Shown: positions 1 to 16,168, numbered from the stretch's first letter. The stretch: 64,000 nucleotides of DNA from Eledone cirrhosa (GCA_964016885.1 OZ024742.1:274908001-274972000), one strand, 5' to 3'. The notes: generated by a model from the letters alone, not told the origin. Made by a program: numbers and translations.

Positions 1-1830
1 TGCAAATACCCACCAAGTGTTAAAGTTATGGCCCTTCGCATTAGACTTAGTTAATATGATCAACCAACTAAAATTTCCGTAAATACAATAATAATTTTCA
101 AACAAAATTTCTAACGATATTTCTAATATAAAATCTTATAATAATATGTTTGTATCAAAAATTATATGAAGTTAACAATCAATTTTATACCCATCTTTTA
201 ACATAAGTAAAACTACTAAATTTCAAAAGGCCACCTTTAATAAATAACAAATACGATAATGATTTCTAGTATAGCCACAAGGCCAGTAATTTGGGTAGAG
301 GGGAAAGGCGATTAAATCGACCCCAGCATGCTTTATTTTATTGACCACGTAAGGATGAAATGCAAAGTTAACCTTGGCGGGAGTTGAACTCAGAACGTAA
401 AGGGCCATAACTCTTTACTGCAAATCATGTTGTCTGACGCTCTTCAATACTGCTAATCCACCGCCTTATAATACAAATAATGAAGCTAATTATACAATAA
501 GAAAGTTAAGGTTATATAATAGAACTGAAAGCCTAGGAAAATGAAGTGCTTATATTCAACTGAAAGACCATAAAATAGATTTCAATAGCCGACCTTGTTG
601 TAGACTTATTAACCCTGCTAAAACAGAATTTTGGTCTTGCTAGTAAAAAGAAATCTTAAGAAATATCACTAAACAAATAAGAAGTAAGACAGAATTGTTC
701 CAATGGTTAAATACGTCCTCAGTTATATCATGGTTTAATAATATGCAAGAGAAAAGTAAATCTAGATTTACCCAATTTGATATAATTTGGTATAATTCTG
801 CCCTTATATCACTCACTCACTCTTAACAGATTTTGTTAGGAAATATACTGATATATCAGAACTAAAAAGAATGACATTTTTAATGCCACGAAAATATTAC
901 TTTTTGCCAGAGACGAAACCTTGTTAAAAAAATCAAACCCAGAAAATCCTCAATGGGTTCATTTGATAGTGCTGATATATACGATTTAGTTAAGCCATAT
1001 CATAAACCAAATGAGAAATTAAGATATATATAAAGGGTCATGCCATCCCCTCATAGTATTTAAATACATCATCTCAAATATTAGTCATAACATATCTAAC
1101 CTCTCTTCCTACGAAGAAATAAATATTCAATAAAGAAGACCCTTATTATAATGAGCTTTTAAAAATAGTGGTTTTAATGAAAAATACATATATACCTAAT
1201 TCTAATAATACGAATACTCAGAAAAATGGAAAAAGGAAAATAATTCGGTTTATACAACAGTAAACAGAAATATAGGCGGAAAGTTCCTCACTCTCTTAGA
1301 CAAACATTTCGCCAAACAACATAGGTACAATAACATATTTAACAGAAATTCATTCAAGATTACCTATGCATGCAGTCCATCAATGAAAACCAAAATTACC
1401 AATAGGAAAACACCCAGAGAAAATACGGGATGTTCATGCATAAATGCAGGAAAATGTCCTCTACGGGACAAGTGTAATATGAGATCAATTGTATATGAAG
1501 CAACAGTGACATCTTTAAACACAATTCAATATGTTATCAGTGAGCAATATGTAGGAATGTCACAGGATAAATTTAAACAGCATCATTACGCATATGTCAC
1601 TTCTTTCAGACATCGGGATAAAAAGAAACCATGGTACTGGCAAAGGTAGTGAGGTAGATTAAAGAGCGTAGTATTCCATTGTAAATGGGTCAATTTTAGA
1701 CAAATCTAAAGAATATACAAAAGTTACAAGAAAATGTACTTTATGCATAAATGAAAAATATAGAACCTGAAATTTCAAAATAATTGCCTCAACTCAAAAT
1801 CAGAATTTTTTCTGTGTCTGAGTATAGGCA
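1..1830 (+). mobile_element. Degenerate Naiad-type Penelope-like element (RT + C-terminal GIY-YIG), interrupted by a SINE
   Basis: Broken frames give LKDHK..F..RP.CRLINPAKTE, LFQWLNT, MGSFDSA, FNRNSFKITYAC and CSCINAGKCPLRDKC..IVYEA..YVGM (ORF 1383-1649). Many stops and frameshifts. Confidence 0.85.
256..467 (-). mobile_element. tRNA-headed SINE (Octopus-type, Meta-domain-like core)
   Basis: Minus strand starts AAGGCGGTGGATTAGCAG, has a B-box-like GAGTTCAACTCC and core TTTCATCCTTACG. Homologous to copies at 29005, 43137 and 57594. Confidence 0.85.
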
Positions 1831-2339
1831 CGTGTGCCTATGTATATCTGTCTTAGTGATATGTGTAAAAGATAATGTCCACATATTTTTATATGCATCT
1901 TTATACCGAGTGCAGGTATGTATGCTAGTATATTGCTCTTGCGTACACCTACACACCAACACTCATGTAGGAACTATACATGCACAGACATATACTCCAC
2001 CCCAACACATACACAATGTTTTTTTCAAAACCTACATTAACATACACTCACTCCCTTCGAGATTCTCATAATTACATCGACATCTACATACACACAATCT
2101 CATATACACACAGTCAAACACCTTACCTTCCACCATCCCCGCCCGGACTCTGCTTCCTCCAATGTTTCTCTCCTTTTTCCCCTACCTCTGTACACACTAC
2201 CTCACCCTTGCCATCCTGGACATATACACCCCTCCCACCACCTTTATTTTCACTTTTTTTTTTATTCTGTCTCATTTTAATTAATTCACTTTTATTTTTC
2301 CCTTTAGTTTCGTATCCTTTATTTGTTAACTTTCCTCCT

Positions 2340-4600
2340 TACAACCCTCTTTACTCCCTCTCGGAGTTCCTCTCAATTTTCCTGATGATCCACTTCGAAA
2401 CGTCCTCCACTCCCACCAAGTGTGAACCTTATGCAGCTATGTACAATTAACTCCTGCGTTTGTTTGTTCTTTTCAACTAATTAACCACGCTTACAAAGCC
2501 TCTTACCTTATTGACTTGGATATTACCTGCTATTCCGCTTACAGCAGATGACCACTGATCTACTAATTTTCTCAAGTAGGATCTTCCTTAAAGACTAGAT
2601 AACTCTACAATCCATCGTGACTCACCTCTTGATGTTTTCACTCACCTCTTCGATTTGCTTTCCCACTTGTATTTTCTTTTTCTAGCATTTTCCGGTTTCC
2701 CTCCCATTTCTATACATCTGTATTTTTATTTGTTTATCGTTTTATTTTTACTATCGTCTTTCTTTTAGATACCCCTTCCCGCCACCAATTCCTACTATTC
2801 CTAACCTAAAATCCTTCCTCCAAACACCCGCCCAAACACCTCATTGACCCTCTCCTGACGCCCTGATGTCCAGCTTCGAACTCTCTCACCTACTCTTCAC
2901 GAAGACCCTGCATTCCATGCATTCCAGCCACATCCAATTCCTCATATGCTGCCTCCATCTCCACCTCATACCCCATGGATTCTTACTCCTCTTGCTCGCC
3001 TTTCCACTCTCATCAACCTCAATCCATCAGATCATCATCGACTCCTCCCGTTTCCTCATGAATGCCTCACAACGCTCCTCCCTCTCTACCATCTGCAACC
3101 TCGACCGCAACCTACCACAAACCCTCCTTCACCTCCGCTACACCTGTCATCCCTTCCTCGTCCACTCCATCCTTCTTTTCATCAATAACCTCAACCACGA
3201 TCTATTCGCCTTCCTCAATTCACTCACTCCCCAAACACCACCCAACCTAACCCCTCACGCCCATTATCCACAACCCCCACTATCGTGTACCACCCACGCC
3301 TCCCTCTTCCACCCATCTTCGTTGGTGCCTGGCATAGCGTTGTAAACCGATTCGACTTCCACCATCGTTGCAAACAGAGTAACATCACTCGGCATGAACT
3401 CTTCGTTCTCCGTTCCCTCCGTAACTGCGTTGACATCGTCAGCAAACCGGCGGAGAAGTGAGGCACCGTAGTGGTGTAGCGCGAAGACCCCTAAAGGACC
3501 GAGACCTTCAAGCAACTCAGCAACCCCCTCTTCTACAAACATTTACCCACTGACCAATTCCCCCGCTACCAGGGACAAGTTTCCACCACCATCCAACACC
3601 TCCTGTCCTCCTCCTCCTTTCTACCTCCCACCACCTCCAAAGTTATTGTTCTCACCCCCGCTCCCCCACCATCTACTTCCTCCCCAATATCAACAAACCT
3701 GATACTCCCGGTCGCCCCATCGTCTCTGCCTGCAACCAAAAATCCTCAAATCCCCTGACACCCCCTCCCCTCCCACATTTCCGACACCAATCACGCCCTC
3801 CACTGTTTCGAATTCCTTCACATTTCCAACTGGCCAACCTCCCCCTCCTCTTCACCCGTGACAATAAATCCCTCTAAAACGCCATCCTCCCACGCCAACG
3901 GCCTACGCAACACCCAACACTACCTTGAACTTGGCCTCCACCCATGTCAAATACACCCCACCCTACTCCGCGTCACAGAGCTAGTCCTCACCATTAGGTA
4001 GCCATGGGTACAAAAATGTGCCCCAACTACGCCAACCTTTTCGGTGGCTACGTTGAGGCATAGATATTTGCCCAATACACAGGCCCCATTCCGGAACTCT
4101 ACGATCGTTATATTGATGACTGTATCGGTGCCATGACTGTAACCCGGGAACAGCGCGACTCCTTTCTCTCATTCCTCTGCTCTTTCCATTCCTCTGACTA
4201 CATCACCACCAACTTCGTCCACTTTTTGGACAACTTCGTCGCCAGTGACTACTCCTACCACTGACTCATCGCTTCCACTTTCTTTAAACCTACCGAATAC
4301 CATTCCTACCTCGATTTTACCTCTTCCCACCCGACTCACACCATTCACTACTCCATTCCTTACTCCCAACTTCTCCGGATCCACCGCCTTTGCAGCCGAG
4401 ATGTCATCTTTGAAACCTAAGCCCTTTCTCTGGTGCGTCATTTTACCCGGAGGTGTTACCTCTTCCCTTGTCTACTCCCCCTCCTCACACCATCACCCTT
4501 TCCCCCTCACCTACCTCCCAGCCACCCTACCCCCAAATGAACCATTCTACGCCTCTTCCGACGTCTCCAATCAGATCCGTCCACATCCCCCATCTTAGCA
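2340..4600 (+). mobile_element. Degenerate Neptune-type PLE (N-terminal domain + RT), preceded by a pLTR with a decayed hammerhead
   Basis: HIQFLICCLHLHLIPHGF (2866 ORF), P.FYFLPNINKPDTPGRPIVSAC (~3670-3735), GVAMGTKMCPNYANLFGGYVE (~3996-4058), YIDDC. CTGATGA..GAAACGTC at 2382-2404. Confidence 0.8.
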
Positions 4601-4615
4601 CTCCCACCCCTCCTT

Positions 4616-5480
4616 CCACTCGACCACTCAGTTTGGACTTAAGTGGTCTTGGATTTCCTACCTATAGTTGCTCGCATATTGCTCGGTTGTTTCTTTTCCC
4701 TGTTTTGTTACTGTTTTCTCTTTTCTTCTCCTTTGCTTTCCTTCCCCCCTTCTTCCGTTTTCCCAATAACTTACCCAGCTATTGAACGCCCTGGGCGGTA
4801 GATATTTTGTCGTTAAGCGTAGAAATATCCGAAACCCCCATAGACAACTAATGAGGAACACACCCCGTTCTTGCTTTCTTCGTATTCCCACTGCATTTTA
4901 AGTTACCTTAAATAACAACTACACAGCCATTTCTATTCTCAATATATTTCATCATGTTTTTCGCTGTGACCATCTTCTCTCCCCTTCTACCTACCTATTT
5001 CGCTACTTTCTATTCCCACCCCTCTGTCTTCCCCTCCCCTTATCCCTATCTACTCTTACCCCAATGTCTTCCTCTCCCGTTCTCCCTCTCACTTTCACCC
5101 CCTCGCCTGACCGTTTAGCAGTTCTCTTCTCACTTACAACTGCGGCGATCAGACGTGTGTCTCTTTCCTTTCGACCACTCAGTCTTGAACTTTAGTTCTC
5201 TTATCGAATGGTCTTGGATTTCCTACCTATAGTTGCTCGCATATTGCTCGGTTTGTTGTTTTTTTCGTTGTTTTGTTACTGTTTTCTCTTTTGTTTCCCT
5301 TTGCTTTCCTTCCCTCCTTCTTCCGTTTTCCCAATAACTTACCCTGTTATTGAACTCCCTGGGCGGTAGATGTCTTGTCTTTAAAGCGTAGAAATATCCG
5401 ACACTTCCAGTAGACAACTGATGAGGAACCCCCCCCCCCCCCCCCGTCTTGCTTTCTTCGTATTCTCGTATTCCCACTGC

Positions 5481-5482
<2 letters not shown>
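4616..5482 (+). repeat. Partial direct repeat (about 280-310 bp; 4616-4895 and 5171-5482), pLTR-like
   Basis: Shared CGACCACTCAG..GGATTTCCTACCTATAGTTGCTCGCATATTGCTCGG..CTGGGCGGTAGAT..GACAACT(A/G)ATGAGGAAC..TATTCCCACTGCATT. Confidence 0.75.
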
Positions 5483-5520
<38 letters not shown>

Positions 5521-6752
5521 CACAGGATGCGGGCGGTATTTGAGGACAGATTTATGGTTTAAAAAAAACGCTAATGTAATAACAGAAAAAACTGCATTCT
5601 TATAAAAATAAAATAAACATAAAGCTAAACTATCAATTTAATAATTTTATTCAATAAAACCACCATAGGCATCAATAACTACCTCTACGTGTGGTTGACA
5701 TCGTTTACAAGCTCGGATTAAGTGGTTCTTGTTCATATCGGACAGGCTCGAACTATTGCGGCTTTCAAAGAATATTTTGTTCATTGACATTTTTCTCAAA
5801 GATGATCCATAAATAGTAGTCCAGTGGATTGACATCTGGAGAATTAGGAAGCCAAATGTTGGGGGTGATGTGATCATACAATTTTACGGCCATCCATTCT
5901 TGTGTCATTTGAGCCTTGTGTGATGGTGCAGAATCTTGCTGAAAGACAATGCCTTACATTGCATGCACTGTTGATCCAAGGATTAACAACCTTATCCAGA
6001 ACCTCAATATATGCAGCAGCATTCACCCTAAGACCTTGTGGAAAAAAGTGAGGATGATCACATGTCTTTCATTGCAAACAACACCCAAAACCATGACACT
6101 TGCAGGAAATGTTGTGTGCATTACTCTTGGAACCTCAGAAGGGTCTGCACATAGCCACCTGTAATTTCTTCTGTTAGATTTCTGGTTCTGAGAAAAACCA
6201 AATCACATCATCTTCTGATGGATTTTAAACTTTATTCAAAACTCTTTTGGGTCTGATCAAACGGTTTTCTTTTATTTTATGACATGAATTGACGTCTCTT
6301 CATCACGTAAGATTTGTATCTGATTTCTTCATGCACAACATTTCTGATTGTTTTTTTCTGACACACCAACATTTTTTGCAGTTGACCTCATTGATTTTCC
6401 TGGATTGTCATCAATGTTTTGCTTAACTTCCTGGATAAATTCAGGTGTGCTGATAGAATCAGAGCATTTAGAATGTTTTTTTACGTTTTGATACAGATAA
6501 TACGCTTCCATCTTCTTTCTCTACCTCAAACCGAATCTTGTGGACAAAAGATATTGCAACTTTCAGAAAACGCAAAATTTCTAAATCACCATGCTTAGCC
6601 TTCAAAGCCACAACTACAACATGCATTTTCATTTTATTAATAGGCATAGATATTTTCATTGATATTTTCTGAAATAAAATTTCTATAAAAATTGGTCAAA
6701 TGAAATAATGACTAAAAATGCATGTGTCCTCAAATACCGTGCGAAACCTGTG
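5521..6752 (-). mobile_element. Tc1/mariner DNA transposon, DD37D (maT/Bmmar1-like), frameshifted transposase
   Basis: About 31-bp TIRs CACAGG..CGGTATTTGAGGACA at both ends, set in (TA)n. Minus-strand FQQDSAPSH..WLPNSPDVNPLDYYLW has 37 residues between the last two Asp. Confidence 0.92.
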
Positions 6753-6756
6753 TGTA

Positions 6757-6835
<79 letters not shown>

Positions 6836-7209
6836 ATATTGGGGAGTGTCATATAGTAGAAAGAAAAAATATTTTTTCCGTAGAAAATGTTGAAGAGATA
6901 TTTTTAGTGAAATTTCAAAGCATTCATCTATTTACAATATTTTCTGGAGTCGGTTTTTTTCGTTTTTCTGGTCCTAGCGCCTCGTATTTCGGCCGCTGTC
7001 TTCAATTTGCATAGCTGTCTAAACGTAATGTTATAACTCTGAGGTAAAATTCCTTATTGAGTGCTTTTCGCTGCACTTCCCGACTGCATTGGTTAGCTTG
7101 CCCGCAACAAGAGCTTCGATTATGCTGTACTACCTTCTTGTATATATATATATATATATAAATAAAGTAAAATAAAAAGTCAAATGTTTAAAATTTAGCT
7201 TCGTTTATT

Positions 7210-7264
7210 ACTGCTATATATATTTCGGTGACAGCCATCTTTGACTGTGACCTCTTCAGGCAAT
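7210..7264 (-). ncRNA. Type I hammerhead ribozyme, apparently intact
   Basis: ATTGC-CTGAAGA-GGTCACAGTCA(AAGA)TGGCTGTCACC-GAA-ATATATAT-A^GCAGT, followed by AATAAA and (TA)n. Confidence 0.85.
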
Positions 7265-7350
7265 CCGAATTAGTGTGGTATAGACAAGTACATATGTTGT
7301 TGAGGTGTATAATTTTGTCAATACTCTGATATGCCCAGTTTCTGATTGGG

Positions 7351-10300
7351 TTATTATTTTATTTTATTTTATTTTATTTTATTTTATTTTATTTTATTTT
7401 ATTTTATTTTAATATATTTTATTTTATTTTATTTTATTTTATTTTATTTTATTTTATTTTATATTATTTTATTTTATTTTATTTTATTTTATTTTATTTT
7501 ATTTTAATTTATTTTATTTTATTTTATTTTATTTTATTTTATTTTATTTTATTTTATTTTATTTTTTATTTTATTTTATTTTATTTTATTTTATTTTATT
7601 TTATTTTATTTTATTTTATTTTATTTTATTTATTTTATTATTTGTTTATTTATTTATTTATTTATTTTATTTTATCTTATTTTATTTCATTTTATTTTAT
7701 TTTATATTATTTTATTTTTTATTTTATTTTATTTTATTTTATTTTATTTTATTTTATTTTATTTTATTTTATTTTATTTTATTTTATTTTATTTTATTTT
7801 ATTTTATTTTATTTTATTTTATTTTATTTTATTTTATTTTATTTTATTTTATTTATTTTATTTTATTTTATTTTATTTTATTTTATTTTATTTTATTTTA
7901 TTTTATTTTATTTTATTTTATTTTATTTTATTTTATTTTATTTTATTTTATTTTATTTTATTTTATTTATTTTATTTTATTTTATTTTATTTTATTTTAT
8001 TTTATTTATTTTATTTTATTTATTTATTTTATTTTATTTATTTATTTTATTTTATTTTATTTTATTTTATTTTATTTTATTTTATTTTATTTTATTTTAT
8101 CTTATTTTATTTTATTTTATTTTATTTTATTTTATTTTATTTTATCTTATTTTATTTTATTTTATTTTATTTTATTTTATTTTATTATTTATTTATTTAT
8201 TTATTCATTTATTTATTTTATTTTATTTTATTTTATTTTATTTTATTTTATTTTATTTTATTTTATTTTATTTTATTTTATTTTATTTTATTTATTTATT
8301 TTATTTTATTTTATTTTATTTTATTTTATTTTATTTTATTTTATTTTAATATATTTTATTTTATTTTATTTTATTTTATTTTATTTTATTTTATTTTATT
8401 TTATATTATTTTATTTTATTTTATTTTATTTTATTTTATTTTATTTTAATTTATTTTATTTTATTTTATTTTATTTTATTTTATTTTATTTTATTTTATT
8501 TTATTTTTTATTTTATTTTATTTTATTTTATTTTATTTTATTTTATTTTATTTTATTTTATTTTATTTTATTTATTTTATTTTATATTATTTTATTTTAT
8601 TTTATTTTATTTTATTTTATTTTATTTTAATTTATTTTATTTTATTTTATTTTATTTTATTTTATTTTATTTTATTTTATTTTATTTTTTATTTTATTTT
8701 ATTTTATTTTATTTTATTTTATTTTATTTTATTTTATTTTATTTTATTTTATTTATTTTATTATTTGTTTATTTATTTATTTATTTATTTTATTTTATCT
8801 TATTTTATTTCATTTTATTTTATTTTATATTATTTTATTTTTTATTTTATTTTATTTTATTTTATTTTATTTTATTTTATTTTATTTTATTTTATTTTAT
8901 TTTATTTTATTTTATTTTATTTTATTTTATTTTATTTTATTTTATTTTATTTTATTTTATTTTATTTATTTTATTTTATTTTATTTTATTTTATTTTATT
9001 TTATTTTATTTTATTTTATTTTATTTTATTTTATTTTATTTTATCTTATTTTATTTTATTTTATTTTATTTTATTTTATTTTATTTTATTTTATTTTATT
9101 TTATTTTATTTTATTTTATTTTATTTATTTTATTTTATTTTATTTTATTTTATTTTATTTTATTTTATTTATTTTATTTTATTTATTTATTTTATTTTAT
9201 TTATTTATTTTATTTTATTTTATTTTATTTTATTTTATTTTATTTTATTTTATTTTATTTTATTTTATTTTATTTTATTTTATTTTATTTTATTTATTTA
9301 TTTTATTTTATTTTATTTTATTTTATTTTATTTTATTTTATTTTATTTTATTTTATTTTATTTTATTTTATTTTATTTTATTTTATTTTATTTTATTTTA
9401 TTTATTTTATTTTATTTTATTTATTTATTTTATTTTGTTTTATTTTATTTTATTTTATTATATTTTATTTTCTTTTATTTTATTTTATTTTATTTTATTT
9501 TATTTTATTTTATTTTATTTTATTTTATTTTATTTTATTTATTTATTTTATTTTATTTTATTTTATTTTATTTTATTTTATTTTATTTTATTTTATTTTA
9601 TTTTATTTTATTTATTTTATTTTATTTTATTTATTTATTTTATTTTGTTTTATTTTATTTTATTTTATTATATTTTATTTTCTTTTATTTTATTTTATTT
9701 TATTTTATTTTATTTTATTTTATTTTATTTTATTTTATTTTATTTTATTTATTTATTTTATTTTATTTTATTTTATTTTATTTTATTTTATTTTATTTTA
9801 TTTTATTTTATTTTATTTTATCTTATTTTATTTTATTTATTTATTTTATTTTATTTATTTATTTTATTTTATTTTATTTTATTTTATTTTATTTTATTTT
9901 ATTTTATTTATTTTATTTTATTTTATTTTATTTTATTTTATTTTATTTATTTTATTTTATTTATTTATTTTATTTTATTTATTTATTTTATTTTATTTTA
10001 TTTTATTTTATTTTATTTTATTTTATTTTATTTTATTTTATCTTATTTTATTTTATTTTATTTTATTTTATTTTATTTTATTTTATCTTATTTTATTTTA
10101 TTTTATTTTATTTTATTTTATTTTATTATTTATTTATTTATTTATTCATTTATTTATTTTATTTTATTTTATTTTATTTTATTTTATTTTATTTTATTTT
10201 ATTTTATTTTATTTTATTTTATTTTATTTTATTTTATTTTATTTTATTATTTATTTATTTATTTATTCATTTATTTATTTTATTTTATTTTATTTTATTT

Positions 10301-13300
10301 TATTTTATTTTATTTTATTTTATTTTATTTTATTTTATTTTATTTTATTTTATTTTATTTTATTTATTTATTTTATTTTATTTTATTTTATTTTATTTTA
10401 TTTTATTTTATTTTATTTTATTTTATTTTATTTTATTTTATTTTATTTTATTTTATTTTATTTTATTTTATTTTATTTTATTTTATTTATTTTATTTTAT
10501 TTTATTTTATTTTATTTTATTTTATTTTATTTTATTTTATTTTATTTTATTTTATTTTATTTTATCTTATTTTATTTTATTTTATTTTATTTTATTTTAT
10601 TTTATTTTATTTTATTTTATTTTATTTTATTTTATTTTATTTTATTTATTTTATTTTATTTTATTTTATTTTATTTTATTTTATTTTATTTATTTTATTT
10701 TATTTATTTATTTTATTTTATTTATTTATTTTATTTTATTTTATTTTATTTTATTTTATTTTATTTTATTTTATTTTATTTTATTTTATTTTATTTTATT
10801 TTATTTTATTTATTTATTTTATTTTATTTTATTTTATTTTATTTTATTTTATTTTATTTTATTTTATTTTATTTTATTTTATTTTATTTTATTTTATTTT
10901 ATTTTATTTTATTTTATTTATTTTATTTTATTTTATTTATTTATTTTATTTTGTTTTATTTTATTTTATTTTATTATATTTTATTTTCTTTTATTTTATT
11001 TTATTTTATTTTATTTTATTTTATTTTATTTTATTTTATTTTATTTTATTTTATTTATTTATTTTATTTTATTTTATTTTATTTTATTTTATTTTATTTT
11101 ATTTTATTTTATTTTATTTTATTTTATTTATTTTATTTTATTTTATTTATTTATTTTATTTTGTTTTATTTTATTTTATTTTATTATATTTTATTTTCTT
11201 TTATTTTATTTTATTTTATTTTATTTTATTTTATTTTATTTTATTTTATTTTATTTTATTTTATTTATTTATTTTATTTTATTTTATTTTATTTTATTTT
11301 ATTTTATTTTATTTTATTTTATTTTATTTTATTTTATCTTATTTTATTTTATTTATTTATTTTATTTTATTTATTTATTTTATTTTATTTTATTTTATTT
11401 TATTTTATTTTATTTTATTTTATTTTATTTATTTTATTTTATTTTATTTTATTTTATTTTATTTTATTTATTTTATTTTATTTATTTATTTTATTTTATT
11501 TATTTATTTTATTTTATTTTATTTTATTTTATTTTATTTTATTTTATTTTATTTTATTTTATCTTATTTTATTTTATTTTATTTTATTTTATTTTATTTT
11601 ATTTTATCTTATTTTATTTTATTTTATTTTATTTTATTTTATTTTATTATTTATTTATTTATTTATTCATTTATTTATTTTATTTTATTTTATTTTATTT
11701 TATTTTATTTTATTTTATTTTATTTTATTTTATATTATTTTATTTTATTTTATTTTATTTTATTTTATTTTATTTTAATTTATTTTATTTTATTTTATTT
11801 TATTTTATTTTATTTTATTTTATTTTATTTTATTTTTTATTTTATTTTATTTTATTTTATTTTATTTTATTTTATTTTATTTTATTTTATTTTATTTTAT
11901 TTATTTTATTATTTGTTTATTTATTTATTTATTTATTTTATTTTATCTTATTTTATTTCATTTTATTTTATTTTATATTATTTTATTTTTTATTTTATTT
12001 TATTTTATTTTATTTTATTTTATTTTATTTTATTTTATTTTATTTTATTTTATTTTATTTTATTTTATTTTATTTTATTTTATTTTATTTTATTTTATTT
12101 TATTTTATTTTATTTTATTTTATTTATTTTATTTTATTTTATTTTATTTTATTTTATTTTATTTTATTTTATTTTATTTTATTTTATTTTATTTTATTTT
12201 ATTTTATTTTATTTTATTTTATTTTATTTTATTTTATTTATTTTATTTTATTTTATTTTATTTTATTTTATTTTATTTATTTTATTTTATTTATTTATTT
12301 TATTTTATTTATTTATTTTATTTTATTTTATTTTATTTTATTTTATTTTATTTTATTTTATTTTATTTTATCTTATTTTATTTTATTTTATTTTATTTTA
12401 TTTTATTTTATTTTATCTTATTTTATTTTATTTTATTTTATTTTATTTTATTTTATTATTTATTTATTTATTTATTCATTTATTTATTTTATTTTATTTT
12501 ATTTTATTTTATTTTATTTTATTTTATTTTATTTTATTTTATTTTATTTTATTTTATTTTATTTATTTATTTTATTTTATTTTATTTTATTTTATTTTAT
12601 TTTATTTTATTTTATTTTATTTTATTTTAATATATTTTATTTTATTTTATTTTATTTTATTTTATTTTATTTTATTTTATTTTATATTATTTTATTTTAT
12701 TTTATTTTATTTTATTTTATTTTATTTTAATTTATTTTATTTTATTTTATTTTATTTTATTTTATTTTATTTTATTTTATTTTATTTTTTATTTTATTTT
12801 ATTTTATTTTATTTTATTTTATTTTATTTTATTTTATTTTATTTTATTTTATTTATTTTATTTTATATTATTTTATTTTATTTTATTTTATTTTATTTTA
12901 TTTTATTTTAATTTATTTTATTTTATTTTAATATATTTTATTTTATTTTATTTTATTTTATTTTATTTTATTTTATTTTATATTATTTTATTTTATTTTA
13001 TTTTATTTTATTTTATTTTATTTTAATTTATTTTATTTTATTTTATTTTATTTTATTTTATTTTATTTTATTTTATTTTATTTTTTATTTTATTTTATTT
13101 TATTTTATTTTATTTTATTTTATTTTATTTTATTTTATTTTATTTTATTTATTTTATTATTTGTTTATTTATTTATTTATTTATTTTATTTTATCTTATT
13201 TTATTTCATTTTATTTTATTTTATATTATTTTATTTTTTATTTTATTTTATTTTATTTTATTTTATTTTATTTTATTTTATTTTATTTTATTTTATTTTA

Positions 13301-15519
13301 TTTTATTTTATTTTATTTTATTTTATTTTATTTTATTTTATTTTATTTTATTTTATTTTATTTTATTTTATTTATTTTATTTTATTTTATTTTATTTTAT
13401 TTTATTTTATTTTATTTTATTTTATTTTATTTTATTTTATTTTATTTTATTTTATTTTATTTTATTTTATTTTATTTTATTTTATTTATTTTATTTTATT
13501 TTATTTTATTTTATTTTATTTTATTTATTTTATTTTATTTATTTATTTTATTTTATTTATTTATTTTATTTTATTTTATTTTATTTTATTTTATTTTATT
13601 TTATTTTATTTTATTTTATCTTATTTTATTTTATTTTATTTTATTTTATTTTATTTTATTTTATCTTATTTTATTTTATTTTATTTTATTTTATTTTATT
13701 TTATTATTTATTTATTTATTTATTCATTTATTTATTTTATTTTATTTTATTTTATTTTATTTTATTTTATTTTATTTTATTTTATTTTATTTTATTTTAT
13801 TTTATTTATTTTATTTTATTTATTTATTTTATTTTATTTATTTATTTTATTTTATTTTATTTTATTTTATTTTATTTTATTTTATTTTATTTTATTTTAT
13901 TTTATTTTATTTTATTTTATTTATTTATTTTATTTTATTTTATTTTATTTTATTTTATTTTATTTTATTTTATTTTATTTTATTTTATTTTATTTTATTT
14001 TATTTTATTTTATTTTATTTTATTTTATTTATTTTATTTTATTTTATTTATTTATTTTATTTTGTTTTATTTTATTTTATTTTATTATATTTTATTTTCT
14101 TTTATTTTCTTTTATTTTATTTTATTTTATTTTATTTTATTTTATTTTATTTTATTTTATTTTATTTATTTATTTTATTTTATTTTATTTTATTTTATTT
14201 TATTTTATTTTATTTTATTTTATTTTATTTTATTTTATTTATTTTATTTTATTTTATTTATTTATTTTATTTTGTTTTATTTTATTTTATTTTATTATAT
14301 TTTATTTTCTTTTATTTTATTTTATTTTATTTTATTTTATTTTATTTTATTTTATTTTATTTTATTTTATTTTATTTATTTATTTTATTTTATTTTATTT
14401 TATTTTATTTTATTTTATTTTATTTTATTTTATTTTATTTTATTTTATCTTATTTTATTTTATTTATTTATTTTATTTTATTTATTTATTTTATTTTATT
14501 TTATTTTATTTTATTTTATTTTATTTTATTTTATTTTATTATTTATTTATTTATTTATTCATTTATTTTATTTTATTTTATTTTATTTTATTTTATTTTA
14601 TTTTATTTTATTTTATTTTATTTTATTTTATTTTATTTTATTTTATTTTATTTATTTATTTTATTTTATTTTATTTTATTTTATTTTATTTTATTTTATT
14701 TTATTTTATTTTATTTTATTTTATTTTATTTTATTTTATTTTATTTTATTTTATTTTAATTTATTTTATTTTATTTTATTTTATTTTATTTTATTTTATT
14801 TTATTTTATTTTATTTTATTTTTTATTTTATTTTATTTTATTTTATTTTATTTTATTTTATTTTATTTTATTTTATTTTATTTATTTTATTATTTGTTTA
14901 TTTATTTATTTATTTATTTTATCTTATTTTATTTCATTTTATTTTATTTTATATTATTTTATTTTTTATTTTATTTTATTTTATTTTATTTTATTTTATT
15001 TTATTTTATTTTTTATTTTATCTTATTTTATTTTATTTTATTTTATTTTATTTTATTTTTTTTTATTTTATTTTTTTTATTTTATTTATTTTATTATTTA
15101 TTTATTTATTTATTTATTTTATTTTATCTTATTTTATTTTATTTTATTTTATTTTATTTTATTTATTTTATTTTATCTTATTTTATTTTATTTTATTTTA
15201 ATTTATTTTATTTTATTTTATTTTATTTTATTTTATTTTATTTTATTTTATTTTATTTTATTTTATATTATTTTATTTTATTTTATTTTATTTATTTTAT
15301 TATTTGTATATTTATTTATTTATTTTATTTTATTTTATTTTATCTTATTTTATTTTATTTTATTTTATTTTATTTTATTTTATTTTATTTTAATTCATTT
15401 TATTTTATTTTATTTTATTTATTTTATTATTTGTTTATTTATTTATTTATTTATTTATTTTATTTTATTTTATCCTATTTTATTTCATTTTATTTCATTT
15501 TATTTTATTATTTTATTTT

Positions 15520-15550
<31 letters not shown>

Positions 15551-15770
15551 TTTTATTTTATCTTATTTTATTTTATTTTATTTTATTTTATTTTATTTTA
15601 TTTTATTTTATTTTATTTTATTTATTTTATTATTTGTTTATTTATTTATTTATATATTTATTTATTTTATTTTATTTTGTTTTATTTTATTTTATTTTAT
15701 TTTATTTTATTTTATTTTATTTTATTTTATTTTATTTTATTTTATTTTATTTTATTTTATTTTATTTTAT

Positions 15771-15801
<31 letters not shown>

Positions 15802-16168
15802 ATTTTATTATTTATTTATTTATTTATTTATTTTATTTTATCTTATTTTATTTTATTTTATTTTATTTTATTTTATTTATTTTATTTTATCTTATTTTAT
15901 TTTATTTTATTTTATTTTATATTATTTTATTTTATTTTATTTTATTTATTTTATTATTTGTATATTTATTTATTTATTTTATTTTATTTTATTTTATCTT
16001 ATTTTATTTTATTTTATTTTATTTTATTTTATTTTATTTTAATTCATTTTATTTTATTTTATTTTATTTATTTTATTATTTGTTTATTTATTTATTTATT
16101 TATTTATTTTATTTTATTTTATCCTATTTTATTTCATTTTATTTTATTTTATTTTATTATTTTATTTT